Source: a candidate division WWE3 bacterium UBA1401
GTDB lineage: Bacteria > Patescibacteriota > WWE3 > UBA101185 > UBA10185
Reading direction: 5' to 3'
Assembly (NCBI GenBank): GCA_002305115.1
Contig: DBQF01000001.1
Coordinates: 437,767-501,766 of the forward strand
Length of the DNA: 64,000 nt
Shown in pieces: positions 55,140 through 62,635 of the stretch. Position 1 is the stretch's first letter, and each line of letters opens with the position of its first letter. The notes beneath the pieces were generated by a model. It ran no database searches and had not been told where the DNA came from. It saw nothing but the letters and a program-made list of their open reading frames with translations. The position numbers were made by a program, and so were the translations under genes.

Positions 55140-55148
55140 TGCTAAGCT
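55140..55148 (+). promoter_or_regulatory. Extended -10-like box TGCTAAGCT, 6 nt before the sod ATG
   Basis: TAAGCT at 55143..55148, ATG at 55155. Confidence 0.4.
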
Positions 55149-55154
55149 TAAAGC

Positions 55155-55784
55155 ATGAACTTACAAACTACCAATTATCAATTATCTTCATTACCTTACC
55201 AACTTTCCTCCCTAGAGCCCTTTATTTCGGAAAAATTACTCACGTTGCACTATCAAAAGCATCACCAGAGTTATGTAGACAATGCAAATAAGCTTTTGGA
55301 GCAACTGGCAGCTGCCAGACAGGCAGGAGAGGCAGTTAATTATCGTGACACTTATCAGGCGCTTACGTTTAATGTAGGTGGCGTTGTTTTGCATGATCTT
55401 TTTTGGAACAGTATGAGCCCTGCAGAAGAAGATCACGCTTTAGACGTGTCCTTCAAAGAAGCCTTGGAGCAGGAGTTTGGCAGTATAGATAGATTCAAGG
55501 ATGAATTTACTCAAACTGCACTTGCTGTTCAAGGGTCTGCGTGGGTGGTATTGGCGCTTTGTAAGCAAACTAAGCGGTTGATGCTTATGCAGGTGAAGGA
55601 TCATAGTTTGTATGTGTATCCGGGGTGTGAGTTGTTGATGGCTCTAGATATGTGGGAGCACGCGTTTTATTTAGATTATCAAACAGACAAGAAGGGGTAT
55701 GTTGAGAGGTTTTGGAGTTATGTGAATTGGAACGGTATTGGGGAGAGGTTTGAGAAAGTGAGTGCTAAAGAAGCGCAGGGGTAA
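55155..55784 (+). CDS. sodA: Fe/Mn-family superoxide dismutase
   Basis: LPYQLSSLEPFIS...LHYQKHHQSYV and DMWEHAFYLDYQ. Metal specificity cannot be called from sequence by eye. Confidence 0.88.
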   Translation: MNLQTTNYQLSSLPYQLSSLEPFISEKLLTLHYQKHHQSYVDNANKLLEQLAAARQAGEAVNYRDTYQALTFNVGGVVLHDLFWNSMSPAEEDHALDVSFKEALEQEFGSIDRFKDEFTQTALAVQGSAWVVLALCKQTKRLMLMQVKDHSLYVYPGCELLMALDMWEHAFYLDYQTDKKGYVERFWSYVNWNGIGERFEKVSAKEAQG

Positions 55785-55824
55785 ACGGTAATGTTTACTC
55801 CTGTGTAGCACAAGGGCCCCCAGA

Positions 55825-56010
55825 TCAGTCGTCCGATTCTACGTCGACATACAGGAGACATTCAGGTAGCTTCGGGTCAATGTACTTTAGTACTACCTGT
55901 CTGTATTCTCCCAGGGGTTCGACAAAAACATAATCGCCGGTGGATATCTGGATAGGGGATTCAAACGTTGCAATTTCCTCCCCGTTGTCATCGAAAATCT
56001 TATATTTCAT
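55825..56010 (-). CDS. Small acidic hypothetical protein (61 aa)
   Basis: Strong SD GAGGAG lies 4 nt before the ATG, with TATAGAAT upstream. I recognise no family. Confidence 0.5.
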   Translation of the reverse strand: MKYKIFDDNGEEIATFESPIQISTGDYVFVEPLGEYRQVVLKYIDPKLPECLLYVDVESDD

Positions 56011-56102
56011 CCGTCTCCTCTGTGTTTTATTCTATACTCAGCTGGTATCCCTTGCGCTCTCCACTATTATATCTTGTAGTAGTAACCTTGCAAGTTTTCA
56101 GA

Positions 56103-56119
56103 GAAAGGTCAGACCTTTC
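56103..56119. repeat. Perfect palindrome GAAAGGTC-A-GACCTTTC
   Basis: Shares the core AAAGGTCnGACC with the two direct repeats at 56180 and 57132. Confidence 0.8.
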
Positions 56120-56179
56120 AAATGCAAAATGTCTTTGTAACAAACTTCTCATAACTATAAGACTGAAAACTGAGGACAT

Positions 56180-56202
56180 AAAGGTCTGACCCTGCGTTTG
56201 GT
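56180..56202 (+). repeat. Direct repeat copy 1 (23 nt exact): aaaggtctgaccctgcgtttggt
   Basis: Identical to 57132..57154. Looser similarity extends about 12 nt upstream (tgagg.a.ataaa). Confidence 0.85.
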
Positions 56203-56297
56203 GAAACGCAAATTTGCATGCTGTGTAAGTATTTGATATAAACTAGTCTGTACTGGAAGTATATATACACCGCATATGTAGAGTAAGGAGGGATATT

Positions 56298-56411
56298 ATG
56301 TTTCCCCCGCGTTGTGAAGAGAGGTGCCCAGTTTGTGGCGGTCAGTGTTATAAGTATCTCGGACATAAGGGTCTGCATGAATGTGCAAACTGTCGCCACG
56401 TATGGAAGTAG
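56298..56411 (+). CDS. Small zinc-ribbon protein (37 aa), not in the ORF track
   Basis: The SD AAGGAGG precedes the ATG by 6 nt. Sequence is MFPPRCEERCPVCGGQCYKYLGHKGLHECANCRHVWK, with CxxxCxxCxxxC and CxxC spacing. A strong terminator follows 13 nt downstream. Confidence 0.55.
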   Translation: MFPPRCEERCPVCGGQCYKYLGHKGLHECANCRHVWK

Positions 56412-56424
56412 GTGTTGTTCTAGT

Positions 56425-56481
56425 ATATCCCTCGTATAGCGTATAGGATTGATCTAATCGCTATACGAGGGATATTTTTTA
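56425..56481 (+). terminator. Rho-independent terminator: 17-bp perfect stem, 17-nt loop, T6
   Basis: ATATCCCTCGTATAGCG (56425..56441) pairs with CGCTATACGAGGGATAT (56459..56475), followed by TTTTTT. Confidence 0.85.
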
Positions 56482-56514
56482 TCGAGGTTTATTGACTGGT
56501 GTAATATAAGTAGC

Positions 56515-57141
56515 ATGTGTGCACCTGTTACTCATTTACTTCTGGCTCAGCAAATTAGAAGGAAATATTTTGCTGACTCGCTCGCATTGCCTTACTATTC
56601 AGGTACTTTATTTCCTGATATTAGACATTATGTAGGTCTTGGAAAATCTATCACTCATGATCTTAACAAAAAGATTTCTTCTCTAATATCAATGTCGGAC
56701 TGGTATAAAGGTTTTTGGGTACACTCGATTGTGGATCAAGTTCATCAAACATATATGGTTCCCAAAGATCCAAGTTCTTTAAGCCCCAAACCTCGGTACA
56801 TGGCTTACGTGTTATTGGAAGACCAGGTATTTTATCCTGAGGCACATAACATAGTTGATAGCAATGCCTATAAGATCACGTATTTCACTGAAGAAGATGA
56901 TTTCGGCATCAGCGCACTTCAGTTAAGAGAATATAAAAGTTTTGTTACGGATTATCTTAGTGTGAGTCCGAATTATGCAAGGCAGATAAGATTCTTAAAG
57001 GAGACTGTTCCCGAGGTTTCAGCTCCTGGTTATATAGAGGCAATGGAAGAGTATTTTAATGGGATTAATAACGAGAAAGTAGTAAATGACATATATAGTT
57101 TAAGAACAAATTTTTTAAGTGAGGTAGATAAAAAGGTCTGA
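56515..57141 (+). CDS. Putative metal-dependent hydrolase (zinc phospholipase C-like fold)
   Basis: N-terminal THLLLAQQI, GTLFPDIRH and KGFWVHSIVDQVH resemble the His/Asp pattern of the zinc-dependent phospholipase C family. The last codons lie inside direct repeat copy 2. Confidence 0.5.
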   Translation: MCAPVTHLLLAQQIRRKYFADSLALPYYSGTLFPDIRHYVGLGKSITHDLNKKISSLISMSDWYKGFWVHSIVDQVHQTYMVPKDPSSLSPKPRYMAYVLLEDQVFYPEAHNIVDSNAYKITYFTEEDDFGISALQLREYKSFVTDYLSVSPNYARQIRFLKETVPEVSAPGYIEAMEEYFNGINNEKVVNDIYSLRTNFLSEVDKKV

Positions 57142-57154
57142 CCCTGCGTTTGGT
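57132..57154 (+). repeat. Direct repeat copy 2 (23 nt exact)
   Basis: aaaggtctgaccctgcgtttggt. It overlaps the stop codon of the hydrolase-like ORF. Confidence 0.85.
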
Positions 57155-57187
57155 TGTAGGTACGGGAAGGAGTGATTAAGAACTGCG

Positions 57188-57283
57188 TGGCTGTGCCATC
57201 CGAAGCATTAACAGTAACAGTTTGTGTTAACATCAGACAAGTCCTTCTTCGCTACGCTTCGAAGGACATCCGCCTGCGGCGGA
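57188..57283 (-). repeat. tRNA-linked structured repeat, copy B
   Basis: tggctgtgccatccgaagcattaacagtaacagtttgtgttaacatcagacaagtccttcttcgctacgcttcgaaggacatccgcctgcggcgga. Its 20-mer (57267..57286) runs into the tRNA-Lys CCA. Confidence 0.75.
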
Positions 57284-57358
57284 TGGTGAGGGCGGAGAGG
57301 ATCGAACTCTCGACACCCTGGTTAAAAGCCAGGTGCTCTACCACTGAGCTACGCCCCC
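57284..57358 (-). tRNA. tRNA-Lys (anticodon TTT), CCA encoded
   Basis: Minus strand reads GGGGGCGTAGCTCAGTGGTAGAGCACCTGGCTTTTAACCAGGGTGTCGAGAGTTCGATCCTCTCCGCCCTCACCA. Confidence 0.9.
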
Positions 57359-57512
57359 AAAATTAACTTACTGAGTTACGTTTACCCGCCGTAGCGATAG
57401 CATAGGCGGGCCCCCAAATTCCAGAAGTCCCATATAAATTGCCCGAAAAAGGCTACGGAGTGCATTATACCCCAGTTTTATTTTTTGTGAATATTATTGT
57501 AAACTACAACCC

Positions 57513-58499
57513 ATGGATGCCCAAGGAGAAACAATAGATTCCCAAACACCACCAGCACAACAATTACCCCAAGAACCCATATCTACAGTTGCAGCTGTTC
57601 CGGAAGTTGCTGCTATTCCAGAGAAAAAGCAAGCCAAGCCCTTAATTTTCTTACTTGTTATCTTTTTTGTTTTTGGCTTCATCTTGCTCAGTATAATCCT
57701 AATAGCTTATGGCAAAATTGATGCTGTTCCAGAAAACTTGCAATCTATGGTGTCTGACACAGTTTTTAAATTGCCCATACTTCCCAAAAGCAGCAACTTT
57801 ATATTAGCTAAAGCGGCAGATACTTTGGGTACAGTTAAAAGTTATCACATATATCTAGTAGGCAAAGATGCAGAGCTTGGCGGTGACCCTATTATTGAAC
57901 TATATGGCGATGTTATTGCTGTTGAACCACGTAGCTCCCAATTCACAATGGTTTTTGGTGGTTTTCAGTATGAACTTATTAATGTAGGTACAGATCTGTA
58001 TACCAAAACTGTATCGGTAGATCCAATACGTGCATCTTCATATGAGCCTAAATTTATATTAAATAAGTGGATTCGTGCTTCTAACTCTACCAGCACTCTC
58101 ATAGATTTACCCATTCAGGGCTATATGGATTCCAATATCTTAAATGAGTCTGTTTTCGAAAACTTGTCACAAGTGGAAAGCGAAAACCCTGATACATACA
58201 AGTTCTATTCAGACACCCCCGCTACTTCAGCTCCAGGCGAAACAGCCCATCTTGTTGTTTGGCTTAACAAATCTACCTATTTGGTTGACAGGCTTGAATA
58301 TGCCATTGATCTATATGGTAAACAGGTAGCTCTTGATATAGCTTTTTCCAAATACAACGCTACTGTAGAAATAGCCTCTCCCGCGAAATTTTATACCGCG
58401 CAGGATTTAGCAGAATTACTTGTTGAGGATGCGGATATACCAGAAGAGATTGATGACTCTACTTCTGACGGCACCCCCTTTGGAAAAATGCTCCAGTAG
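57513..58499 (+). CDS. Membrane-anchored hypothetical protein (328 aa)
   Basis: Pro/Gln-rich N-terminus, one TM (LIFLLVIFFVFGFILLSIILIAY), then an extracytoplasmic domain of unknown family. A TAAACT box lies 7 nt before the ATG. Confidence 0.6.
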   Translation: MDAQGETIDSQTPPAQQLPQEPISTVAAVPEVAAIPEKKQAKPLIFLLVIFFVFGFILLSIILIAYGKIDAVPENLQSMVSDTVFKLPILPKSSNFILAKAADTLGTVKSYHIYLVGKDAELGGDPIIELYGDVIAVEPRSSQFTMVFGGFQYELINVGTDLYTKTVSVDPIRASSYEPKFILNKWIRASNSTSTLIDLPIQGYMDSNILNESVFENLSQVESENPDTYKFYSDTPATSAPGETAHLVVWLNKSTYLVDRLEYAIDLYGKQVALDIAFSKYNATVEIASPAKFYTAQDLAELLVEDADIPEEIDDSTSDGTPFGKMLQ

Positions 58500-58513
58500 T
58501 TTACACTTATCAT

Positions 58514-58642
58514 ATGACTAAATGGTACTTTTTACTTGCATTACTGGCTTTATTTTCAATCTTGGTTGTGGTAACTTTGGTTAAGCGTGCTCATCAGGCC
58601 GATATTTATTTTGGCAATCAGCACATTGATGAACAAATTTAA
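58514..58642 (+). CDS. Small single-TM protein (42 aa), not in the ORF track; overlaps the ileS start
   Basis: TACACT (58502..58507) lies 6 nt before the ATG. Sequence is MTKWYFLLALLALFSILVVVTLVKRAHQADIYFGNQHIDEQI. Its 3' end overlaps the ileS ATG (58629) by 14 nt in another frame. Confidence 0.4.
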   Translation: MTKWYFLLALLALFSILVVVTLVKRAHQADIYFGNQHIDEQI

Positions 58643-61433
58643 CCAAATAGAAAACAAATCAATACCACAGCTTGAAGATGATGTGAATTTATTTTGGAAA
58701 ACACATAATATCTTTGGAAAATCTGTAGAATCCAAGCCTAAAGATAACTTATATGTTTTTTATGATGGTCCCCCTTTTATTTCAGGGTTACCGCATTATG
58801 GTCATTTGTTGGGCTCTATAGCAAAAGACCTAATTCCCAGATACTGGACTATGCAAGGCAAGAGGGTGGAACGCGTATGGGGTTGGGATGCCCATGGTTT
58901 AACAGTTGAGAATAAAGTACAGAAAAAACTTGGTATTAAAAACAGAAAAGACATTGAGCAGTATGGCCTAGAGAAGTTTATTCAGGAATGCTATATCTAC
59001 ACTTCTGAGACTTCAGCCGAGTGGCAGTGGTATGTAGATAAAATTGCCAGATGGGTGGATATGGAGCACGCCTATCGAACAACAGATCAGGATTATATGG
59101 AATCTGTAATGTGGGTGTTTAGGCAACTTTATGATAAAGGCCTTATTTATGAAGGAGTTAGAACCTCGCTTTACTGTACTACCTGTGGCACTCCGGTTTC
59201 AAATTTTGAAGTTGCTATGGATAACTCTTACAGGGATGTTGAAGATCCCTCTATTGTAGTGGAGTTTCCTGTTACCTCAGAAGGTAAATTTAAGGGCACA
59301 CGTATCTTGGCTTGGACAACTACCCCTTGGACAGTTCCTTCTAACAGGGGTTTAGTGGTAGATCCTGAAGAACTCTATGTATTAGTAGAGGCGGATAATA
59401 AGCGATTTATTCTTGCCAAGAAAAGGCTGGAACTTTTGGGTTCTACTTACAATGTGGTAGAAGAATTCTCGGGGCAAGAATTGGTGGGGCTTGACTATGA
59501 ACCACCCTATAGTTTCTATGCCTCAAATGAGAAGGACTTCAAAGTATATGGTTACAAAGATATGGTTAGTATGGAAGAAGGTACGGGAATTGTGCATGCT
59601 GCTCCAGGTTTTGGCGAAATAGATACCGAGATGGGTAGAAAATATGGGTTGACTGTAATGCTTACTATAGATGATGAAGGCAAATTTATCCCGGGGAACG
59701 CAGGTGACAACCCTTTTACCGGTATGTTTTATATCGATGCGAATCCAGAGATTAGAAAAGATCTTAGTGGAAGAGGTTTGCTCTTTAAAGATGAGCGGAT
59801 TGTGCACAGATTTCCTTATCACGACAGATGTGACACTAACCTGATTCAGAAAGCCCAGAATTCCTGGTTTGTAGACATACAAAAACTCAAAAAGCAATTA
59901 CTGGCAAATAATGAGCCGATTAATTGGGTGCCCCCTCATATCAAGCAGGGTAGGTTTAAAAATGGTATAGAGCAAGCTCCCGACTGGTGTATCTCCAGGA
60001 CCCGTTTCTGGGCTACTCCTATGCCGATTTGGGAAGCGGAGGATGGCAGCAGAATTGCAGTTTCTTCCGTTAAAGAATTGGAAGAGTTATCAGGCCAGGA
60101 GGTAAAAGATTTACACAGACCTTACATAGACAATATTACCTTTGAAAAAGACGGCAAATTATATAAAAGAAGAGAGGAAGTACTAGACAGCTGGTTTGAG
60201 GCGGGATCCATGCCCTATGGCCAACTGCATTATCCGTTTGAACATGTGGAAAAATTCGAACAAAATTTTCCGGGTGACTATATTGTTGAATATGCTGCGC
60301 AAGTGCGTGCGTGGTTTTACGTTATGCATGTTTTGTCTACCGCTGTTTTTGACAAACCCTCATTTAAAAACGTAATCGTGACAGGCACGATTGCCGGTAG
60401 CGATGGTAGAAAAATGAGTAAAACTTATGGCAACTACACAGATCCTAGAGAGGTTCTAGAGACTATTGGAGGTGATGCTTTAAGACTGTACCTAATGAAC
60501 TCACCTTTAATGTATGCCGAGGGTGCTAATTTTGATTTGGATGAGTTGAAAACAAAATCGAGAAACGTACTAAACCCGCTACTTAATAGTTTAAAGTTTT
60601 TCTTAATTTATGCTGCTGAATATAATTGGGATTCTGCACAAGCTGTGGTTTCGGAGCATGTGTTGGATAAATGGATTACAGCCAGATTGCACGAAACTAT
60701 CAAGAGCTTTAAGGAAAACATTGAAAGCTACAACGTGCCACCTGCAGTAGCAGCAATAGAAACTTTTGTTGATGATTTATCCAGATGGTATGTTAGAAGA
60801 TCTAGAGATAGAATTGCCGGAGGCGATAATGAGGCATTATCCACTCTTTATGCAGCGTTATTGACTTTTGCTAAAGCCTCTGCACCAATAATTCCATTTA
60901 TGACGGAAACACTTTTCCAACATCTGTCTGATGAGTGTGAATCTGTGCATTTGTGTGACTATCCAGATTACGATCAGCAGGTAATCGAACAAAATGGCGT
61001 AATTATAAAGAATATGGCTGATGATAGAAACTTAGTTTCTGAAATATTGTCTCAAAGGACTAAAGCAGGTATCGCAGTACGTCAGCCTTTAGCCAAAGTA
61101 GAAACATCCCTTCCGTTTCATTATGAAGAGATTATTAAGGAGGAAACTAATATCAAGTATATCGTTAAATTGGAAATACCTGAAGCTATAGTTAATCTTG
61201 ACACTACAATTGATCATGCACTGGAAGTTGAGGGTGCCGCTAGGGAAATGATAAGAACCTTCCAGGGGTTGCGCAAGAAGCAAGGTTTGTCAGTAGGTGA
61301 TACAGTTACTGCTTATTATGAAGATTCCCATTTGACAGCAGAGGTAATTGCCAAGTTTGGTACTGATATTAGAGATAAAATAGGTGCTAAAACTTTGATA
61401 CCCTCAAGTAGTTATGCTATTAAAAAAGCTTAA
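58629..61433 (+). CDS. ileS: Isoleucine--tRNA ligase
   Basis: HIGH box PHYGHLLG, KMSKS box GRKMSKTYGN, and a CP1 editing region (TTTPWTVPSN). Start at ATG 58629 (MNKFNQIENK); the track start at 58587 is an upstream extension. Confidence 0.95.
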   Translation: MNKFNQIENKSIPQLEDDVNLFWKTHNIFGKSVESKPKDNLYVFYDGPPFISGLPHYGHLLGSIAKDLIPRYWTMQGKRVERVWGWDAHGLTVENKVQKKLGIKNRKDIEQYGLEKFIQECYIYTSETSAEWQWYVDKIARWVDMEHAYRTTDQDYMESVMWVFRQLYDKGLIYEGVRTSLYCTTCGTPVSNFEVAMDNSYRDVEDPSIVVEFPVTSEGKFKGTRILAWTTTPWTVPSNRGLVVDPEELYVLVEADNKRFILAKKRLELLGSTYNVVEEFSGQELVGLDYEPPYSFYASNEKDFKVYGYKDMVSMEEGTGIVHAAPGFGEIDTEMGRKYGLTVMLTIDDEGKFIPGNAGDNPFTGMFYIDANPEIRKDLSGRGLLFKDERIVHRFPYHDRCDTNLIQKAQNSWFVDIQKLKKQLLANNEPINWVPPHIKQGRFKNGIEQAPDWCISRTRFWATPMPIWEAEDGSRIAVSSVKELEELSGQEVKDLHRPYIDNITFEKDGKLYKRREEVLDSWFEAGSMPYGQLHYPFEHVEKFEQNFPGDYIVEYAAQVRAWFYVMHVLSTAVFDKPSFKNVIVTGTIAGSDGRKMSKTYGNYTDPREVLETIGGDALRLYLMNSPLMYAEGANFDLDELKTKSRNVLNPLLNSLKFFLIYAAEYNWDSAQAVVSEHVLDKWITARLHETIKSFKENIESYNVPPAVAAIETFVDDLSRWYVRRSRDRIAGGDNEALSTLYAALLTFAKASAPIIPFMTETLFQHLSDECESVHLCDYPDYDQQVIEQNGVIIKNMADDRNLVSEILSQRTKAGIAVRQPLAKVETSLPFHYEEIIKEETNIKYIVKLEIPEAIVNLDTTIDHALEVEGAAREMIRTFQGLRKKQGLSVGDTVTAYYEDSHLTAEVIAKFGTDIRDKIGAKTLIPSSSYAIKKA

Positions 61434-62487
61434 TCTTTCGCTTGTTATTTTGCCCATTTTGCTGTTTGCGCTGGGTTATATGTCTTTATTGTCTACCACG
61501 CCCGAGAGGGCTAAACAGCAATTTATGTATTTTTGTGTGGGATTTATTATATATCTTGGTCTTGCGGCTATAGATTTGCGTATTACTAAAATCGTGTGGC
61601 GGGCGCTTTTTTTTATTATTTTAGCCTTACTTCTGCTTACGATTTTTTTGGGAGAGGTTAGATCTGGTTCAGCCAGGTGGTTTGACTTAGGGTTTTTTGT
61701 TATACAGCCCTCTGAATTTGCAAAGTTTGCTTTGGTTGCGATGCTCGCTTCGGTTTTATCAGTAGAGACTTTTAAATTTACTCACGTTCCAAGTACTATT
61801 AAGCTTTTTGCCCTATTTTTAAGTTACATTGTTTTAGTTTTTTTGCAGCCGGACTTAGGTACCGCGATAATTTTGGGTGTATTGGCACTTGGGCTTTTAT
61901 TTTATGCCGGGTTTAGCAAGTGGTTCTATGTTGTAGGTTTTTTTATTGCCGGTGTACTGTCTACACCAGCCTGGAATTTGCTGGAAGATTACCAGAGGAA
62001 AAGAATTCTGGTTTTTTTAAACCCCAATCTGGATAAATTAGGTGCAGGTTACAACGTAAACCAATCTATTATTGCGGTTGGATCAGGCAGGTTTTGGGGG
62101 AAGGGTTTTGGATTTGGTTCTCAATCACATTTAAGGTTTTTGCCCGCATACTGGACGGATTTTATTTTTGCCTCTTTTGCAGAAGAGTGGGGATTTCTGG
62201 GAATAGCAGTGTTACTTATTTTGTTTGCCGCTTTGTGTCTTACTATCTTGTACGTAGTTTATAAAAGCGATGACCTGTTTTATAAACTGCTGAGTATGGG
62301 TGCATTTCTAGTGTTGTTTTTTCAGGCTGTTATCAATATAGGTATGAACCTTGGTGTAATGCCTGTAACTGGTATCCCGCTTCCGTTAATTTCATATGGA
62401 GGAAGTTCGATGATTACAACTATGGTTCTTTTAGGCTTTGCGCAAAGTGCCTGGGCGCACAAAAGGGGTTTGCTCCAATTCAAATAA
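61414..62487 (+). CDS. rodA: SEDS-family peptidoglycan polymerase, RodA type (second SEDS paralogue in the window)
   Basis: Polytopic. QPSEFAKF and MPVTGIPLPLISYGGSS. Overlaps the ileS end by 20 nt. Confidence 0.8.
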   Translation: MLLKKLNLSLVILPILLFALGYMSLLSTTPERAKQQFMYFCVGFIIYLGLAAIDLRITKIVWRALFFIILALLLLTIFLGEVRSGSARWFDLGFFVIQPSEFAKFALVAMLASVLSVETFKFTHVPSTIKLFALFLSYIVLVFLQPDLGTAIILGVLALGLLFYAGFSKWFYVVGFFIAGVLSTPAWNLLEDYQRKRILVFLNPNLDKLGAGYNVNQSIIAVGSGRFWGKGFGFGSQSHLRFLPAYWTDFIFASFAEEWGFLGIAVLLILFAALCLTILYVVYKSDDLFYKLLSMGAFLVLFFQAVINIGMNLGVMPVTGIPLPLISYGGSSMITTMVLLGFAQSAWAHKRGLLQFK

Positions 62488-62635
62488 CTGGATTTACATT
62501 TCTTCATGTGCTTTCATAGAAAGTACCTGCGCTTATGTAGGTTAAGCCATTTATATAGTTTGTTGCTGCATCTCGCTGATTGACAAGCTTTTGACAGGCA
62601 GTGGAAGATTGCCAATTTGTGAGAGCTTCCTGTCC

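Noticed and set aside
56103-56119. GGTCAGACC palindrome considered as a CtsR operator (GGTCAAA direct repeats).
   Set aside because: It is an inverted repeat, not a direct one. It lacks the AAA tail, and it is not in front of a clp gene.
57030-57233. A 67-aa minus-strand ORF starting inside tRNA-linked repeat copy B.
   Set aside because: Its ATG is AAG in copy A, and it runs antisense through the hydrolase-like gene, so it is spurious.
62546-62561. NrdR-box-like sequence gccatttatatagttt upstream of nrdD, and the tandem TTGACA hexamers at 62580 and 62591.
   Set aside because: It matches about 11 of 16 positions of the NrdR box as I remember it. There is no second box at the expected spacing of about 31 nt. 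Neither TTGACA has a credible -10 box 16-18 nt downstream. There is not enough support to call it.
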